A DNA stretch of 64,000 nucleotides from Octopus bimaculoides (Eukaryota): assembly GCF_001194135.2 (NCBI RefSeq), contig NC_068997.1, forward strand, positions 55,136,415-55,200,414, given 5' to 3'. Position 1 is the first letter of the stretch, and the number at the start of each line of letters is the position of its first letter. The notes beneath the pieces were generated by a model. The model saw nothing but the letters and a program-made list of their open reading frames with translations. It was not told the DNA's origin and did no database searches. A program made the position numbers and the translations under genes. Shown here one piece after another: positions 1 through 13,817 of the stretch.

Positions 1-189
1 TTAATTGCTTAACCAACAAATTATACGAATGTTCATTAAATTAGTTGGTTAAATATTTAACCAATTATCTAACAATAAAGAAGTGATGCTTAATTAGTGC
101 ATGTGTTGTTATTATAATGACTCAACCAAAACACAACAAGGTGTATATATATGTAGACACACACACATATAGTGTAACAAGTTTATATA

Positions 190-1010
190 CACCAGTATAA
201 ACTTCCACCAATTTGCAGAAAGGAAACATTTTCCAGAACTTGTTGGATAATGGATGCAAAGTTTCACAAAATTACCCAAAGACAATAAAATGAATTTGTA
301 GGTTTCTATTTTGATCATAAACTTATTTAACCCTGGGACATATCTAATGAACTGATCAACTAATAGTGACTATCCTTTCTATTTTGTTTACCTGTTTATC
401 TATTTCTTTAATTATTTATTAATTATTGACTGTGCAGTTTACCTGACGTCATCCAATCTTTTTTTATTTTTGTAAGGCATTATCTATGAAAGATTTGTCT
501 GCTATTTCTAGCAAGTTCAATAACCTTTCCTCTTGTTGGCTCTTATCTCTTATTGGCTCACTTACGAAGTTAATTCAAAAGATGGTTCACAGAACAAATA
601 ACCCAAGTGAAAAAACATCTACATCTCTTTCTCTCCTGGCAAATTTGAATTGATTTGGATTGCGATGTCCAATAGCCAGTATATGGAATCTCTTTGATTG
701 GTGATGAAGAGAAATCCAGAGAGACCATTTTCGCAAAGAGAAGTTATTCCAGTGTAGTCAAGAACAACAATGAAACTACTTGGCATGTTAACAGCAAGCC
801 ACAAGCAACAGTTTTTATGGCGTTCAGCCATTTATCCAGGGTTCCATAAATAAAGCTATTTTGTTGGAATAAATCTGCTGTAATGGGGTTTCCCTTCTAA
901 CAGTGAAAGTGAATCAAGTGTGAATTCCTCTCTGGATGTGATTTGCTTCTTTAAGGAAGCAATGTTTAAATTTGAGGAGACTTTTAAACCCTCCCAGCAC
1001 ACATTTGTAG
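190..1010 (-). pseudogene. Highly decayed non-LTR retrotransposon (RTE-like) reverse transcriptase fossil
   Basis: Minus-strand translation across frameshifts and stops gives RT-like motifs in the expected order: TSREEFTLDSLSLLEGK (939-889, cf. PTREE..AI..LKNGK), DYTGITSL (759-736, cf. NYRGISLL), NQFKFARRERDVDVFSL (655-605, cf. QxGFRxGRSTxDxIFxL), FIVFG*FCETL (289-257, cf. FIDFEKAFDSV). Matched by eye. Confidence 0.55.
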
Positions 1011-1138
1011 CTTTCCCATATGTTACCTCATAGCATTTCGATGATTATTAGATAACTCTAAGCTGAATGGTTATTTCGTATTTATTGCCATGCCTTTCTA
1101 TATATTTTTATAAAAATCATTATATGATATATATATAA

Positions 1139-1177
1139 ATGTGTCTATACATATACACATATATGGATGTACATCTA

Positions 1178-1209
<32 letters not shown>

Positions 1210-1544
1210 NNNNNNNNNNNNNNNNNNNNNNNNNNNNNNNNNNNNNNNNNNNNNNNNNNNNNNNNNNNNNNNNNNNNNNNNNNNNNNNNNNNNNNNNNNN
1301 NNNNNNNNNNNNNNNNNNNNNNNNNNNNNNNNNNNNNNNNNNNNNNNNNNNNNNNNNNNNNNNNNNNNNNNNNNNNNNNNNNNNNNNNNNNNNNNNNNNN
1401 NNNNNNNNNNNNNNNNNNNNNNNNNNNNNNNNNNNNNNNNNNNNNNNNNNNNNNNNNNNNNNNNNNNNNNNNNNNNNNNNNNNNNNNNNNNNNNNNNNNN
1501 NNNNNNNNNNNNNNNNNNNNATATATATATATATATATATATAT
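1139..1544. repeat. (TA)n/(CA)n microsatellite spanning an assembly gap (N 1210-1520); representative of 15 gaps in the window
   Basis: Directly visible. Other gaps: 2536-3045, 4469-4478, 20534-20763, 23781-24131, 29495-29571, 31074-31083, 34527-34560, 35832-36031, 39706-40076, 42385-42539, 47410-47419, 48737-48754, 50947-51242, 61072-61081. Most abut (TA)n. Confidence 0.95.
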
Positions 1545-3151
1545 AAAAGCAATTTATTCAGAAAGAACTGTTGAGGTGGGCAGGGGAAGGATATCTTTAG
1601 GAGTGGGTATGTAATTTTGTTTACTTTATATACACTGACATCAACACACACACATTCACAAGTTTGCATACTTTGTCAATTGCATGTTTTATTAATGATT
1701 AAATGATAACAAAATAAAAAGAAAAGAATAGAAATATCAGAATGCAAATGAAAAAAATAAAGAAAGAAAAGCATTGAAAGAAATTCCAAATCACAATTAT
1801 GAAGCTACTTCTAAAATCTCTCTAAGAGATAAACACAGTAGTTGTACAAGCAAGAAATGTTCATAGCCACTTCAGTATGACTATTCCGTTTGAATGGACT
1901 TTACTTCTATTTTTTAATCCCAAGAGGACATCTCCTCAAGCTGGGTAACAATGCATACCTGCATCTGTTATACTGCAAGCAGGGGAGTTAAACGCCTACC
2001 ATCTCCCAGTGATGGGACTAGCATACCACTCTGGTTTTGGGATATTTTTGCTTCTCTTCAGTACTGGACACCTCACCCACTAGAGATGCCAGTAGCTCAT
2101 TTTATCTCTTCTTGAATGGGTAAAATGACACTGAAACTTATGTAGTATTATCCAGCCTGCAATTGCTCTCAGTTATTTCATGTTATCACTGATTGAGTCA
2201 CACACTGGCAAAACAGTTTGGCACAATTTGAAATGATTGGTTTGTCTTTTGAATTTTTTTTTTTTTTCCAGACAAATATTGATCTAAGAAACCGATAGAT
2301 TCTCAATTTTTCAGGTAGTTACACTTTAGACATTTTAGAAGACTCTTTGTTTTTTTTTTTTTGTTTTGCTATCTTTTCATTACATCATCTTTTCTCTTCA
2401 TGTCTCTACCCTGCCTTCCTCTCTCCTTCTTCTTTTCTTCCTTTCCTACAGAAATAAATTAGAGATGAACCAAATGCAAATCGTATTTCATTAAAATTAC
2501 TTAAAGGAAATGATTTTGAAATATTGATCTGATAANNNNNNNNNNNNNNNNNNNNNNNNNNNNNNNNNNNNNNNNNNNNNNNNNNNNNNNNNNNNNNNNN
2601 NNNNNNNNNNNNNNNNNNNNNNNNNNNNNNNNNNNNNNNNNNNNNNNNNNNNNNNNNNNNNNNNNNNNNNNNNNNNNNNNNNNNNNNNNNNNNNNNNNNN
2701 NNNNNNNNNNNNNNNNNNNNNNNNNNNNNNNNNNNNNNNNNNNNNNNNNNNNNNNNNNNNNNNNNNNNNNNNNNNNNNNNNNNNNNNNNNNNNNNNNNNN
2801 NNNNNNNNNNNNNNNNNNNNNNNNNNNNNNNNNNNNNNNNNNNNNNNNNNNNNNNNNNNNNNNNNNNNNNNNNNNNNNNNNNNNNNNNNNNNNNNNNNNN
2901 NNNNNNNNNNNNNNNNNNNNNNNNNNNNNNNNNNNNNNNNNNNNNNNNNNNNNNNNNNNNNNNNNNNNNNNNNNNNNNNNNNNNNNNNNNNNNNNNNNNN
3001 NNNNNNNNNNNNNNNNNNNNNNNNNNNNNNNNNNNNNNNNNNNNNAACCTGTCATCTGGCATTGTGGGAAGGAATTGGGGCTTAGTGTGGAGGAATATTG
3101 AAAGAAATTCCAATTATGGTAATTAAAATTAGTCTTAGGAATGGTTTAAAC

Positions 3152-3242
3152 CAGAGGTTCCCACCTTTTTCACTACCAAGGACCCCGTTTTATTTAAATG
3201 AGTTTTCCCACAGACCCCTTTTAATATGCTTATCATTATGTG

Positions 3243-3273
<31 letters not shown>

Positions 3274-3474
3274 GGAGAATTCCCCAAAAAACAACAGACG
3301 AAGACAGGTGGTGTTGAAAACAAATAGATGTATTAGTATAACGCTCAGGAATTGAGAAAGTTTTTAATGTTTTGTGCCTACGCTCTTCTACAGAAAGAAC
3401 AAGGAGAGAAACAAGGAGACGGACCCTCAATCCTACCTTTGCAGACCACCAGGGTCCCAGGCCAGGAACCACTG
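3152..3474. mobile_element. hAT-like MITE
   Basis: Termini CAGAGGTTCCC...GGAACCACTG form an imperfect TIR (CAGWGGTTCC). Flanked by 8-mers GTTTAAAC (3144-3151) and AATTAAAC (3475-3482), 6/8 identical, consistent with a hAT 8-bp TSD. Confidence 0.6.
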
Positions 3475-3480
3475 AATTAA

Positions 3481-4037
3481 ACCTTCAGCATTCAGATTAT
3501 TCTATCAAATGTAATTCTTATTTCATTGTTTTGAATTAATCATGCATCATCTCATAGCTTTGAGATTTCAATAATGTGATTATTACCTCTGCCTGAGTCA
3601 AGGCAGAGGTATTGTTTTCAGTTGTGTTTGTTTGTCCATGGACAAGATGTCTCAAGAACCACTGGATGGATTCAGATGAAACTTTCAGAGATGTTTGGCC
3701 TTGTGACTGGCACAAGCTGATTAGATTTTGGGCTTGATCTGGTACCGGACAAGGATTCTGGATTATTTTTCCAGTTTTTTTACTTAATTTTTGAGAACGG
3801 TTGGGTTCATTTTTAATATTCTCGTTTGTGGGAGCAGTTGAGTTTATTTCAGATATTCACATTTAAAAAAAATCATCTCTGGCTCACTGTTGAGAGAACA
3901 TTGATGTTGCCTTGTCGGAGGTTTGTGCTCTCTGAGTTTATATTTAGAATGACATTGTTGGGTAGGTGAGAGAGGCTGAATCTGGCCAGTTTGAATGTAG
4001 AAAAAGGTAGATTTTAGCCAGATTAAATACTAAAGGG
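3481..4037. mobile_element. piggyBac-like MITE interrupted by a Helentron-type insertion
   Basis: TTAA|ACCTTCAGCATT ... AATACTAAAGGG|TTAA: TTAA on both sides (3477-3480, 4038-4041) and degenerate CCCTTTAGCA-type TIRs. Confidence 0.6.
3581..3937 (+). mobile_element. Helentron-associated non-autonomous element (HINE/DINE-1-like)
   Basis: 5' TATTACCTCTGCC with sub-terminal IR ACCTCTGCC (3585-3593) vs GTCGGAGGT (3914-3922). TGTTTGTTTGTCC microsatellite, then GGATGGATTCAGATGAAACTTTCAG core and a degenerate 3' hairpin (TTGTGCTCTCTGAGT). Inserted in a T-rich site with no TSD. Confidence 0.65.
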
Positions 4038-4424
4038 TTAAGAATTTTCTGCCTGTTTTACAATCAAATCAATTAAAGGATACTTCACAAAAGTATTTCA
4101 ATTCTAAAACATAAGAATAAATTTAATTTGAAACGGTAGTTACATATCAGCTTCCCTTCCGAGGTTTTTTGGGGGTAAACCTCTCCCTGCCTCCACCACC
4201 ATGCCTTGAAGTATGATATTTTAGTGTATCGGACCTGGCATGGGATGATGACAGTTCTTTATCAACTTTCGGCTTGTCACTGATGTCTCAGGCTGTGCAA
4301 ATATTTTAGGTGTGGATTGGTTGTCCTAGTTGTCTCCTTTGGACATACAGCACAAAGCATGAATATATAATTAAAATGTATGTGTGTGTATGTCTGTGCA
4401 CATATCTATGTACATATATGTGTG

Positions 4425-4468
<44 letters not shown>

Positions 4469-6557
4469 NNNNNNNNNNATATATATATATATATAGATAT
4501 ATATATATATACACACACATATATATACATATATATACACCACACATATATATACATTATATATATATCACTCTATATAGATATGTGTGTGTGTAATTTT
4601 ATCTCCTTTTCTATGCCATCTTGGGTCTGATGATTTTCTTTGAAGTAATTATTTCTACAGTTCTTCCTTACCATTAACCACAAAGCCTCTGTGATTAAGA
4701 ATAGAAACTTTCTTTAGTCAGCCAGGCAAACTGAGGCAATTAGTAGTGTTATGTACCTTGTCCAGCAAGCACAAACTCATTAGCTGTAGTGGTGGTCAGT
4801 TAAGTCCACAACCTTAACTTAACTCCCTCCCTCCCCCTCTTTCTCTCTCCTTTCTACAAACCCTCTCTCACAAAGATATTTCTATCTCTGTGTCTGGAGC
4901 AGATCCCCAAAAGTAATAAATTTAATAATTATTCCAAACATAACCTTAACGAGTAAAGCAAATATATGTAATTTGGCAGGGAGAGGTCACAGAAATAATG
5001 GAGTAATTACTCTCTTCTTTATTTCTATCGGGAGATTTGTTTTGTTTTTTGTTGTTGTTTTTTGTCTTCCAGAAAATTTTCTAGTTTACAAGATTCCTTC
5101 TTTGCATGTGAACATCTATCGAAGTGTGCATATGTATGTGTGGATATGTGTATACATATCTTTTGAGGTGTGCACACACGTGTGTGTGTGGTTGTGTGTG
5201 TGTGCATGTGGATTTCTTCTTGTTTTCTTTATGAGGAGCCAGCAGAGTAACTGTTGCAACAGCAACATATTTGTGAAGATATAAATATCCAAAAACGCAG
5301 GGGAAACCAATATGAAAACTGTTATAAAACATTATGTTACCATTTCTGATTCTATCTTACACTTCTCAATACATATTATTTATAGATGTGTGTGTGTGTA
5401 GGTGTGTTGTTCAATATTGAATTACTGTAAAGAGATGTTGTGTTAGAATAACACTGCTTTCTTACTATCCAATAAGATAGGCCCTAACTTTACTTTTTGC
5501 CATTATCTTTCATTGATACCAATTTTCATGAAATTTGACTTGACGGAAAAAATATCATGAAAGAACATTCACAGTATTTCTGAATGCATAAATTAGTTTA
5601 AAAAATGAAAGAAACTAGAATAAAAAGAAAAATGGGAAAAAGATCTTTAAGCATGTTAAGAATTTTTGTTGGTTTCCATTAAAATTCAGTATAATGATTA
5701 TGCAGAATGTAAATGAAGAGGATATTAGCTAGTGATCCTATCGCAACTAAGGAGCATTAAACACTAACTCTACTGTTACACAAGAAATAGTAGCCTGTGA
5801 TAGTCAATTAACCTTTTACTCGTTATCTGGCTACCTTTCTATCATATAACAGGAGAAGAACCAACACTTAGAGAAATACTGGATGGCTTTGTAAAATATA
5901 TCAGAAGCTAAAACATTTTGTGAGCTTTATTTCTAGAACATTTGAGGAAATAATTCCAGTTATCTTTAAATAATTTTTATGTTTATATTAACCTTTGGAA
6001 ATTTCATTCTTAACAACTACTTTGTTAATACCACAGTTCAAAGATTTAAATACAAAAATATAAAATATTACATGCGAGGAAATTTAGAACTTGAGAATTC
6101 AGACAAATGAAGAACTGTCCTGATAACATGCAGGAAATGGTAATAAAGATACATGGAAATCCTAGATAAAGTTGTAATCAGTAAAAGACTTGACATCGAA
6201 ACTGTCTCTTTTTCTATATATTATATTTTGATTGGAGAGATAGAGCAGAGGTTTGAATGGCTAAATGATCAGTAGAGAGTCAATAAATATTTACGAAACA
6301 ATAAAAGGCTTCCATGTTTAGCCAATCAATGAACATGTTGCTAGATGGGCATTGGTCTTCAGATGTTATTACGACAAAGAATCAGATTTTATCAAGGAAC
6401 AATGATCCTCAACATTTTCCCTGAGTAATAAGTAGAATGGTTTACCAGCAGTTGGGTATTATATTGAGATATGTCAAATAACTCAATACCTATAGATAGC
6501 AAGAACACTGATGGTTGGTTAATGTTAAAACTAGATCAATATTATAATGTATTTCCA

Positions 6558-6598
<41 letters not shown>

Positions 6599-6829
6599 AT
6601 ACCCACAGATGTTGGCAATCATGCTCTGCCATGTTCTCCCTTCTTTCCTACACTTAACTTAGCTTGTTAGTTTACTTTTGTTATCGTAAAGTCAGGAAAG
6701 AAGGAAGGCAGTACCCATGACCCTTTACAGGGCCTTTGAGATCGGTGGTGGGGTGGGGGTGGGGGTGTTGTATCCTCAAACCAAAGCCCCATCTGAGTAC
6801 TTGCAACAGGAGTGACTCAGCTAAAGATA

Positions 6830-6970
6830 CTCAATGCAATGGGTGGTGTTGCTATTTTGGGAGATGTGTTAAGTCTGCCTATCCAAGTAACCCCATGGTC
6901 ATATTTGAAGTAAGTCACAACATGGAAAACTGGAAGAAATATCAGAAGGCATGCTGCAGGCCAACATTCT
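6830..6970 (+). mobile_element. Possible RTE-LINE ORF C-terminal remnant
   Basis: EVSHNMENWKKYQKACCRPT (6907-6966) resembles the RTE C-terminal E.A.DR..WR..V.A pattern. Weak, by eye only. Confidence 0.3.
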
Positions 6971-6984
6971 TACAGTTCTGCCAA

Positions 6985-7135
6985 ACTGTCATTTTAGATT
7001 GGTATCCTTTCCTCAGCCCTGGAAAAATCAAAGGTAAAGTTTACCTTGGCAGAATTTGAACTCCAAATGAAAAGAGTTAAAACAAATGCCAGGAGGCATC
7101 ATTTTATCAGACACTTTACCAATTCAGGCAATTTG
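6985..7135 (-). mobile_element. tRNA-derived SINE, family B fragment
   Basis: Reverse complement of the GAGTTCAAATTC..CC.AGGT..ACTTTGCCTTTCATCC core seen in fuller copies at 21347, 21583 and 60452. Confidence 0.6.
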
Positions 7136-8529
7136 CAATCTTCTGTGTATTTCTTTGTTCTTATAAGAAACAGAAAAGGTTTGAGACAGAAAGAGATGGC
7201 AGTGAGGAGTTATAATTTATAAGTAATTGGAAAGACCAATATTCACAAACGATCAATAGGATGCAAAATAATCACCAGAGTAAGGAAATAAAGTAGTGGC
7301 AACTCATTAATTAATTAAGTAATTATTTATAAAATATAACAAATTGGATAAAATTTAAAATCATAGATATAGTTATTGTGTGGAGTAATATTCCTATGTT
7401 TACTTTATTTTGGCAGTTTAGAATAGAAAAGTGCAAGGGATAGATGTGAGGATCATTGCAGAACAACAATAATAGTTTCATTATTGGGATTCATGAAGGC
7501 GTTTGGAAAATAAGGGATTTTAGAAAGAAATAAACAAGTGCTGTTTCTCAGAAAGTCTTTTAGAAACAAATGAAAATGAAAGAAGAAAAGAAACAAGTTC
7601 GATTTGGAGATGATGTGTTTGCACTTGTGAACTTGAGATAACAAAGAGATAAAGATAACAACAACAACAGTACAAATGATTGTTTAGTACTTTTAAACAA
7701 TAATGAGGAAAAGTGATGAGTTAACATTTCCTGAAAAACTTCTTGTCTTTTGTTGTAAAACGGGACTTTGTGATTACGTAATATTGTTCACACACACACT
7801 CATATATCATTTTTTCCTATTTTTATGTGTGTGTGTGTATCACTCTCTCAAGCTGCCTTTTCTCTCATATACATACATATATATATGTATACATGCACAC
7901 ATACATACATTTTCTCTCATATATACAGGAGAGTTTGTGTGTGAACTTGAAGAGAAAAGAAGGGTGTATAAAAGAAAGGAAAAAATACAGAGTGGGGAGA
8001 TGGAACGAGACAGAAATGCATTATGGGGGTTTGTTGGTCAGTTTGTTATGTATCATCGATGCTTGTATCACTTGCCACTACTTATGTGCAGACTTTTATT
8101 CAATGAGATAAGAAAATTGTGGGCTTACACTCGAAATAAATAATAACAAACTTTCTACAATAAAGTCTTTGTGATTCCATATTGATATCAGAAGAGTCCA
8201 CAAGATATTGTTCTGTTGAAAATCACTCTATAAAGAATAGCATTATGACTTAAAGTCACTCATTTTCCTTCAATAAACAATGGCAATTTTAGCAAAAGTT
8301 ACAAAACATGATTCTTTAAAAGTTCTTTAAATGTCAAACTTAAAAAACAACATTTACAGAATACCAGCAATCATTTTCACCATTATTGTTCTTTTTGCAA
8401 AATTTTTTCACTGACTGTTTTTGGTTTTTAGAGTGGGTGGGTGAGTGGGTGGTGCAGGGCAGGGCTTTATTACTTCTGATTTTCAGACATTTCACAGCAT
8501 CTCTGTCTGTCTCTCATGTATGTATTATA

Positions 8530-9039
8530 TATCTTATCTTATTCTTTTCATCCATTGGACTGCAGCCATTCTGTGGCACTACCCAAATGGTTTAGCTGAA
8601 CAAATTGACCCTTCTGGTTATTTTTTGAGTCTACCTGTCTCTTAATGAACCTTTAAATAATTGGGGACATTGGGGGGATATGAAGTAGTGAGTGTGGGGT
8701 GGACAGATACAAACTCTCTCTTTCTCTTATGCACACACATCTATACTATGGGCTTCCTCACAGTTTCCATCTACCAAATCCATTCACAATGCACTAGTGA
8801 ACCCAGGGAAATGGTAGAATTCACTTTACCTGTGGTGTTGTGCAGTGGGACTGAACCTAAAACCACATGGTTGCAGAGCAAGCCTCTTCACCAAACAGTT
8901 TCCTTCTACCAAATCCACTCACAAGGCTTTGGCCGGCCTGAGGATATTGTAGAAGACACTTGCCCAGGGTGCCACACAGTGGGACTGAACCTGGAATCAT
9001 ACGGTTTGTAAGCAAGCTACTTACCACACAGCCACTCCT
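8530..9039 (-). mobile_element. tRNA-derived SINE family A (two partial heads plus tail)
   Basis: Minus strand: GGAGTGGCTGTGTGGTAAG A-box, GGTTCAGTCCCA B-box, GGCAAGTGTCTTCTAC core, GTGAGTGGATTTGGTAGA; tail with ATGGCTGCAGTCCAATG. Similar to cephalopod SINEs of the OR1/OR2/OK type (not verified which). Confidence 0.75.
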
Positions 9040-9282
9040 ATGCCTGCACAGGATTTCCAGATTTCTAGAAATTCTAAATTTCTAGAAGCAGAATAAGAGG
9101 GTCATAGCTGTAATAGGTTCATCAAATAATCTAGCAAGTTGGTAGGTTGGTGTCTATCAGGGTTTTGTTCTTAGTCACCCTTTGTTAATAATAGTTCTCA
9201 AGATCATAACAGAGAAGTTTAGGATTAGTTCTTCCATGGAAATTCTGTATACAGATGACCAAGTTCTTGTGCGTGTGTGTGT

Positions 9283-9320
<38 letters not shown>

Positions 9321-11309
9321 AGTGTGTGAATGAGTGTGTGTGGTTAAAGGGAGTGAGATGTCATGAAAGAGAAATAATTTGTCCTTCACATTTGTGAATT
9401 TCTGTACTTGAACATACCTGTGTGTGTGTGTGGTAATGTGTGCATGGACGGGCACACACACACACGCATATACACACACACACACACACACACACATACA
9501 CACACACACACACACAGAATAAGAAATTAGTGAGTAAAGAATCAGCTTAAAGAGATTGATGTGTCTGCATGCAAGAAACACCCCCATACCTGATATTTTC
9601 ACTAATCTTTGACTAAATCATCATTTTATTAATGACTATTCACAGAATATTGAAATAAATATTTTTATATTCTCCCATAATCACATAATGATGTCTTCCA
9701 CTGAATTAGGTCAATGTATTTGGCTACCAACACTGTGTAATTAAGAAAACATCTGTTGCCTGTATTTTAACAAATGATAGGAGAGGGAAGGGTATGGTGG
9801 TGGGTTAGAAGAATTGGTGGAGACACAAATTGTATTTTGTTGTATTTTAGCTGCGTCCCTACATCTTCTTTCCTCGGATGCTGCCAAGGTTGATTTTTAT
9901 GTTGCATTTTCAGGGTGGCTTAAATAAGTAGCCATTATTTTCTGGGAGTGATTCAAACTGAGTATAACCCTCTCATGACTGTATGATCTGGTGTGGTTGT
10001 TACAAGTGATGCCTTTGGCCTAAGGAAGACGATACTGGCAGTGTTCCTGGAACATTCGCAGAGCAACACTGACTCTGTAAAAGTTCTGATTGAGTGATTT
10101 TGCAAGATAGGAAGAAAACATCTGAAGTAGATCATTTGAGCAGATGGATAAAATTGACTCTCTAATGAATATAAGTAATATCATCATCATCATCAGCAGC
10201 AGCCACTACTAATGAATGATCCCCACAGCATCCAGCTTTGTATTTATATATACACCCATCTATACAAGACGTATAGAGATGGTGCATTGTAAATGTCCAA
10301 ATGCCAGTCCAGCTCTGCTACACAATGTCTCATTAGAGCTATCGTGTAGCAGAGATGGATTCTCATTCCAGATGCATTGTTTATAGAAGAAGATTTATTT
10401 CCATTTTTTTTTTTTGGTGCTTCTATAGTTTTGTTACAAATGTAAAATTTATATACACACATGTGTGTTTATGTGTGTGTATAAAAATATATTTACATAC
10501 ACATATGTACATAGTATACATGCATAAACATATACAAACACACATACACATATATGCACTCATACATAAACACACATATACATACATATATACATACAGA
10601 CACATGTGTGTTTGTATGTGTGTAAGTAAAGGTACATACCGTATATAATTTGTGTGCTTGTGTGTATGTGTGTGTGTGTCTATATATATATGTATATATA
10701 TAACTATACACACATGAAACAAGTTTATACTATAATCCATAACAGGCTTATTCTTAAGCCCTCTTTGACTTCACTCTCTTGAGATTTTAATGATATATAA
10801 TTAACTTTCATTTAAACGAACAGTAATCAAAAATAAGACAAATATTAGTCTTGATAACAGTATATAATTAAAATAAGGACATTGACTTCTCTTTCTCTTT
10901 GAAATCACAAATTATATTTGGGTTCATATTTACTTCATGTACGAATTCCAATATCTTCTATCAAATATGTTATATTATTCTTCCCTCTCTCCAACGGTGT
11001 TCTTGCTTGCTATCCACATTTTGCCTGTGCATAGCAAAGTAAATTTAGCAGTTATCTTACTCCGCCTTGCAACAGGTATCATTTAACATAGGGTGGGATT
11101 TATTGCTATTGGGGAACAGATGTGAGTGAACGAGAAGGCAAATAAACTTACATAATATTCAATCTTGCTAAAAAAATATGTAATTTAGTGAAATATTATG
11201 CGGCGTTGGGTATCATTACAAATGCAGCAAATATATAGCTATATATTTAAGTGTATGAAATCAGATATTTCAGTAAAATCTAATCACTGACATGTATGTG
11301 TGTGTTGTG

Positions 11310-11574
11310 TTTGTGTGTATATATATATACTTGTAAATATATACATATATATATATATATATGTATATATATAAATAAATATATTCACATAAATATATAC
11401 ATATAAATATATACACATAAATATATATATACATATAAATACATGCATTTAAATACATACATATGAATATATACATATAAATATGCATACATATAAATAT
11501 ACACACATATAAATATATACACATATAATATATACATATATAAATATATGCACATAGATATATACACATATATA

Positions 11575-11622
<48 letters not shown>

Positions 11623-12125
11623 CATATATATATATATAAATACATATATAGATATAGATATAGATATATATATATATATATATATATATATTCTGTATAT
11701 ATGTATATGTGTGTTTGTCCTCCCACCATTGCTTGACAATCAATGCTGGTGCATTTATGTCTCCTGTAACTTAGAGGTTCGGCAAAAGAGAATGATAGAA
11801 TAAGTACTAGGTTTACAAAGAATAAGTCCAGGGGTTAATTTGCTCGACTAAAAGTGGTGTCCCAGCATGGCTGCAGTCAAATGACTTAAACAAGTATAAG
11901 AATAGAAATATATAATATATATAGAAAATATATATATATATATAATATACATATGTATATAATATTTATATATATAACATATATATATAATGTATATTGT
12001 ATGTAATATTTATATATATATAACATATATAATATATATATATATGTATATAATATACAATATATGTATAATATATATGCATATAATATATAATATACCT
12101 ATATAGTATATACATATTATATAAT

Positions 12126-12189
<64 letters not shown>

Positions 12190-12320
12190 GCAAAATGCAT
12201 ACACACGTGCACATATAGTTGCAACATTAATATATACATATATATAACTGCAAAATTCACATACATATATATATATATATTTTTCCATGTATGTATGTAT
12301 GTATGTATGTATGTATGTGT
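11310..12320. repeat. Degenerate (TA)n/(TACA)n microsatellite field with a ~16-bp higher-order unit at about 11380-11650
   Basis: Repeating AAATATATACACATAT-like units. Interrupted by a SINE A tail at 11712-11905. Confidence 0.85.
11712..11905 (+). mobile_element. SINE family A 3' tail
   Basis: TGTTTGTCC..CCACCATTGCTTGACAA...GTAACTTAG.GGTTCGGCAAAAGAGA..GATAGAATAAGTAC...CAGCATGGCTGCAGTCAAATGACT; recurs throughout the window. Confidence 0.8.
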
Positions 12321-12740
12321 TCATGAATGTATTTAGGTATGATTTTATGTATATTGCGGACATGTAAAGTGTATATGGAAATAATTAGCTAAGTTATGAT
12401 TAAGCTATTTCCATTAGATCAAGATATAAATATAATTGGTGTTATTAATTATTGTGTTCTAAATACCAAGTTTTTAAAACATTTTAATTAATGTCTAACA
12501 CATTGCAAAAACCATTAACAAGTATGTATTTATATGCATATATTGACATACATTTATATACACACACACACACATAGAAATATCTAACTGGCTGGGTTTA
12601 CTAAAACATTGGACAGAGTACCTTGTGATATAAGTTCTAACTTCCTAGTCTCAGAGTTCAAATCCTGCTCAAGTCAGCTTACACATTTTTCCTTCCATTG
12701 TCAAGTAACTAACATCATTTTTTAACTCTCTCTCTCTCTC

Positions 12741-12794
<54 letters not shown>

Positions 12795-13100
12795 TCCTCT
12801 TTCCCTTCTTTCCCACTCTCTCTCAGATTTGGCTTTGTCATCAGTGGGAGAAGAAATATAGGCGACCACCCACATTGAGCTCTTCTCCAAAATGGAGAAG
12901 GTTTCTCTAAAACCCACCCACTCCTCACTTTTACTTCTGTATGTGTAGACAGCAGCAGGTCTCAATATCAAAACCAACTGGTGACAGTAACGTTTCAGTT
13001 TTATTAAACCTCCTCAGCAAAACCTTTTCTACACAATAAGAATATAGTGATGATGATGAATATCAGTGATACAGTTGAGGGTACTTTTTGAGGCATCTCA

Positions 13101-13139
<39 letters not shown>

Positions 13140-13197
13140 ACAAATACTTGTCAAATTTATGCAAACATTTAGCCATAGTACAATATACATACATACG

Positions 13198-13228
<31 letters not shown>

Positions 13229-13728
13229 GTGTTTGTGTGTCTGTCTGTCTGTCTGTGCATGTTAGTGTGTATACACACACAAATATTCTAATATTCCCTA
13301 ATGGTTGATAAGGTTAGCCAAGTTTGGATTGCAACAGTGTGCTGAAAAAGTATCAACATGGATTTTGAAATCCCTATTTCTTTGTGTTATATGTGTGTGT
13401 GTGTGGGTACATAAACACACACACACACACAGAGGTTCAGTGTAATGAAAGCCATGAGATATTTCCCTTAGCAGTAGCAGCTGACAGTTGAAAGGAAGGT
13501 GGGGCATTGCTGAAGTTCTCAGACAGTAATACAGTATAAATCACACCTCTGTTATATGGAGCCAGCTAATGACTGCAGCTGTCCACACAAATTCATCACA
13601 TTCTCATCATAGCATTCTTTTGTACCTCCTACTGGGGATAAATGCATTCTATATTGGAATGTCTGTTGAATGCTTTCTCCACTCCCATCATATTTACTCA
13701 TCATATGTGTAGATAGTAATCTTCAATC

Positions 13729-13772
<44 letters not shown>

Positions 13773-13779
13773 TGCCATG

Positions 13780-13817
<38 letters not shown>

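Noticed and set aside
602-619. DVFSLG on the minus strand, like kinase subdomain IX
   Set aside because: No other kinase motifs, a stop follows 4 codons later, and it is better explained as the RT D.IF.L motif of the LINE fossil.
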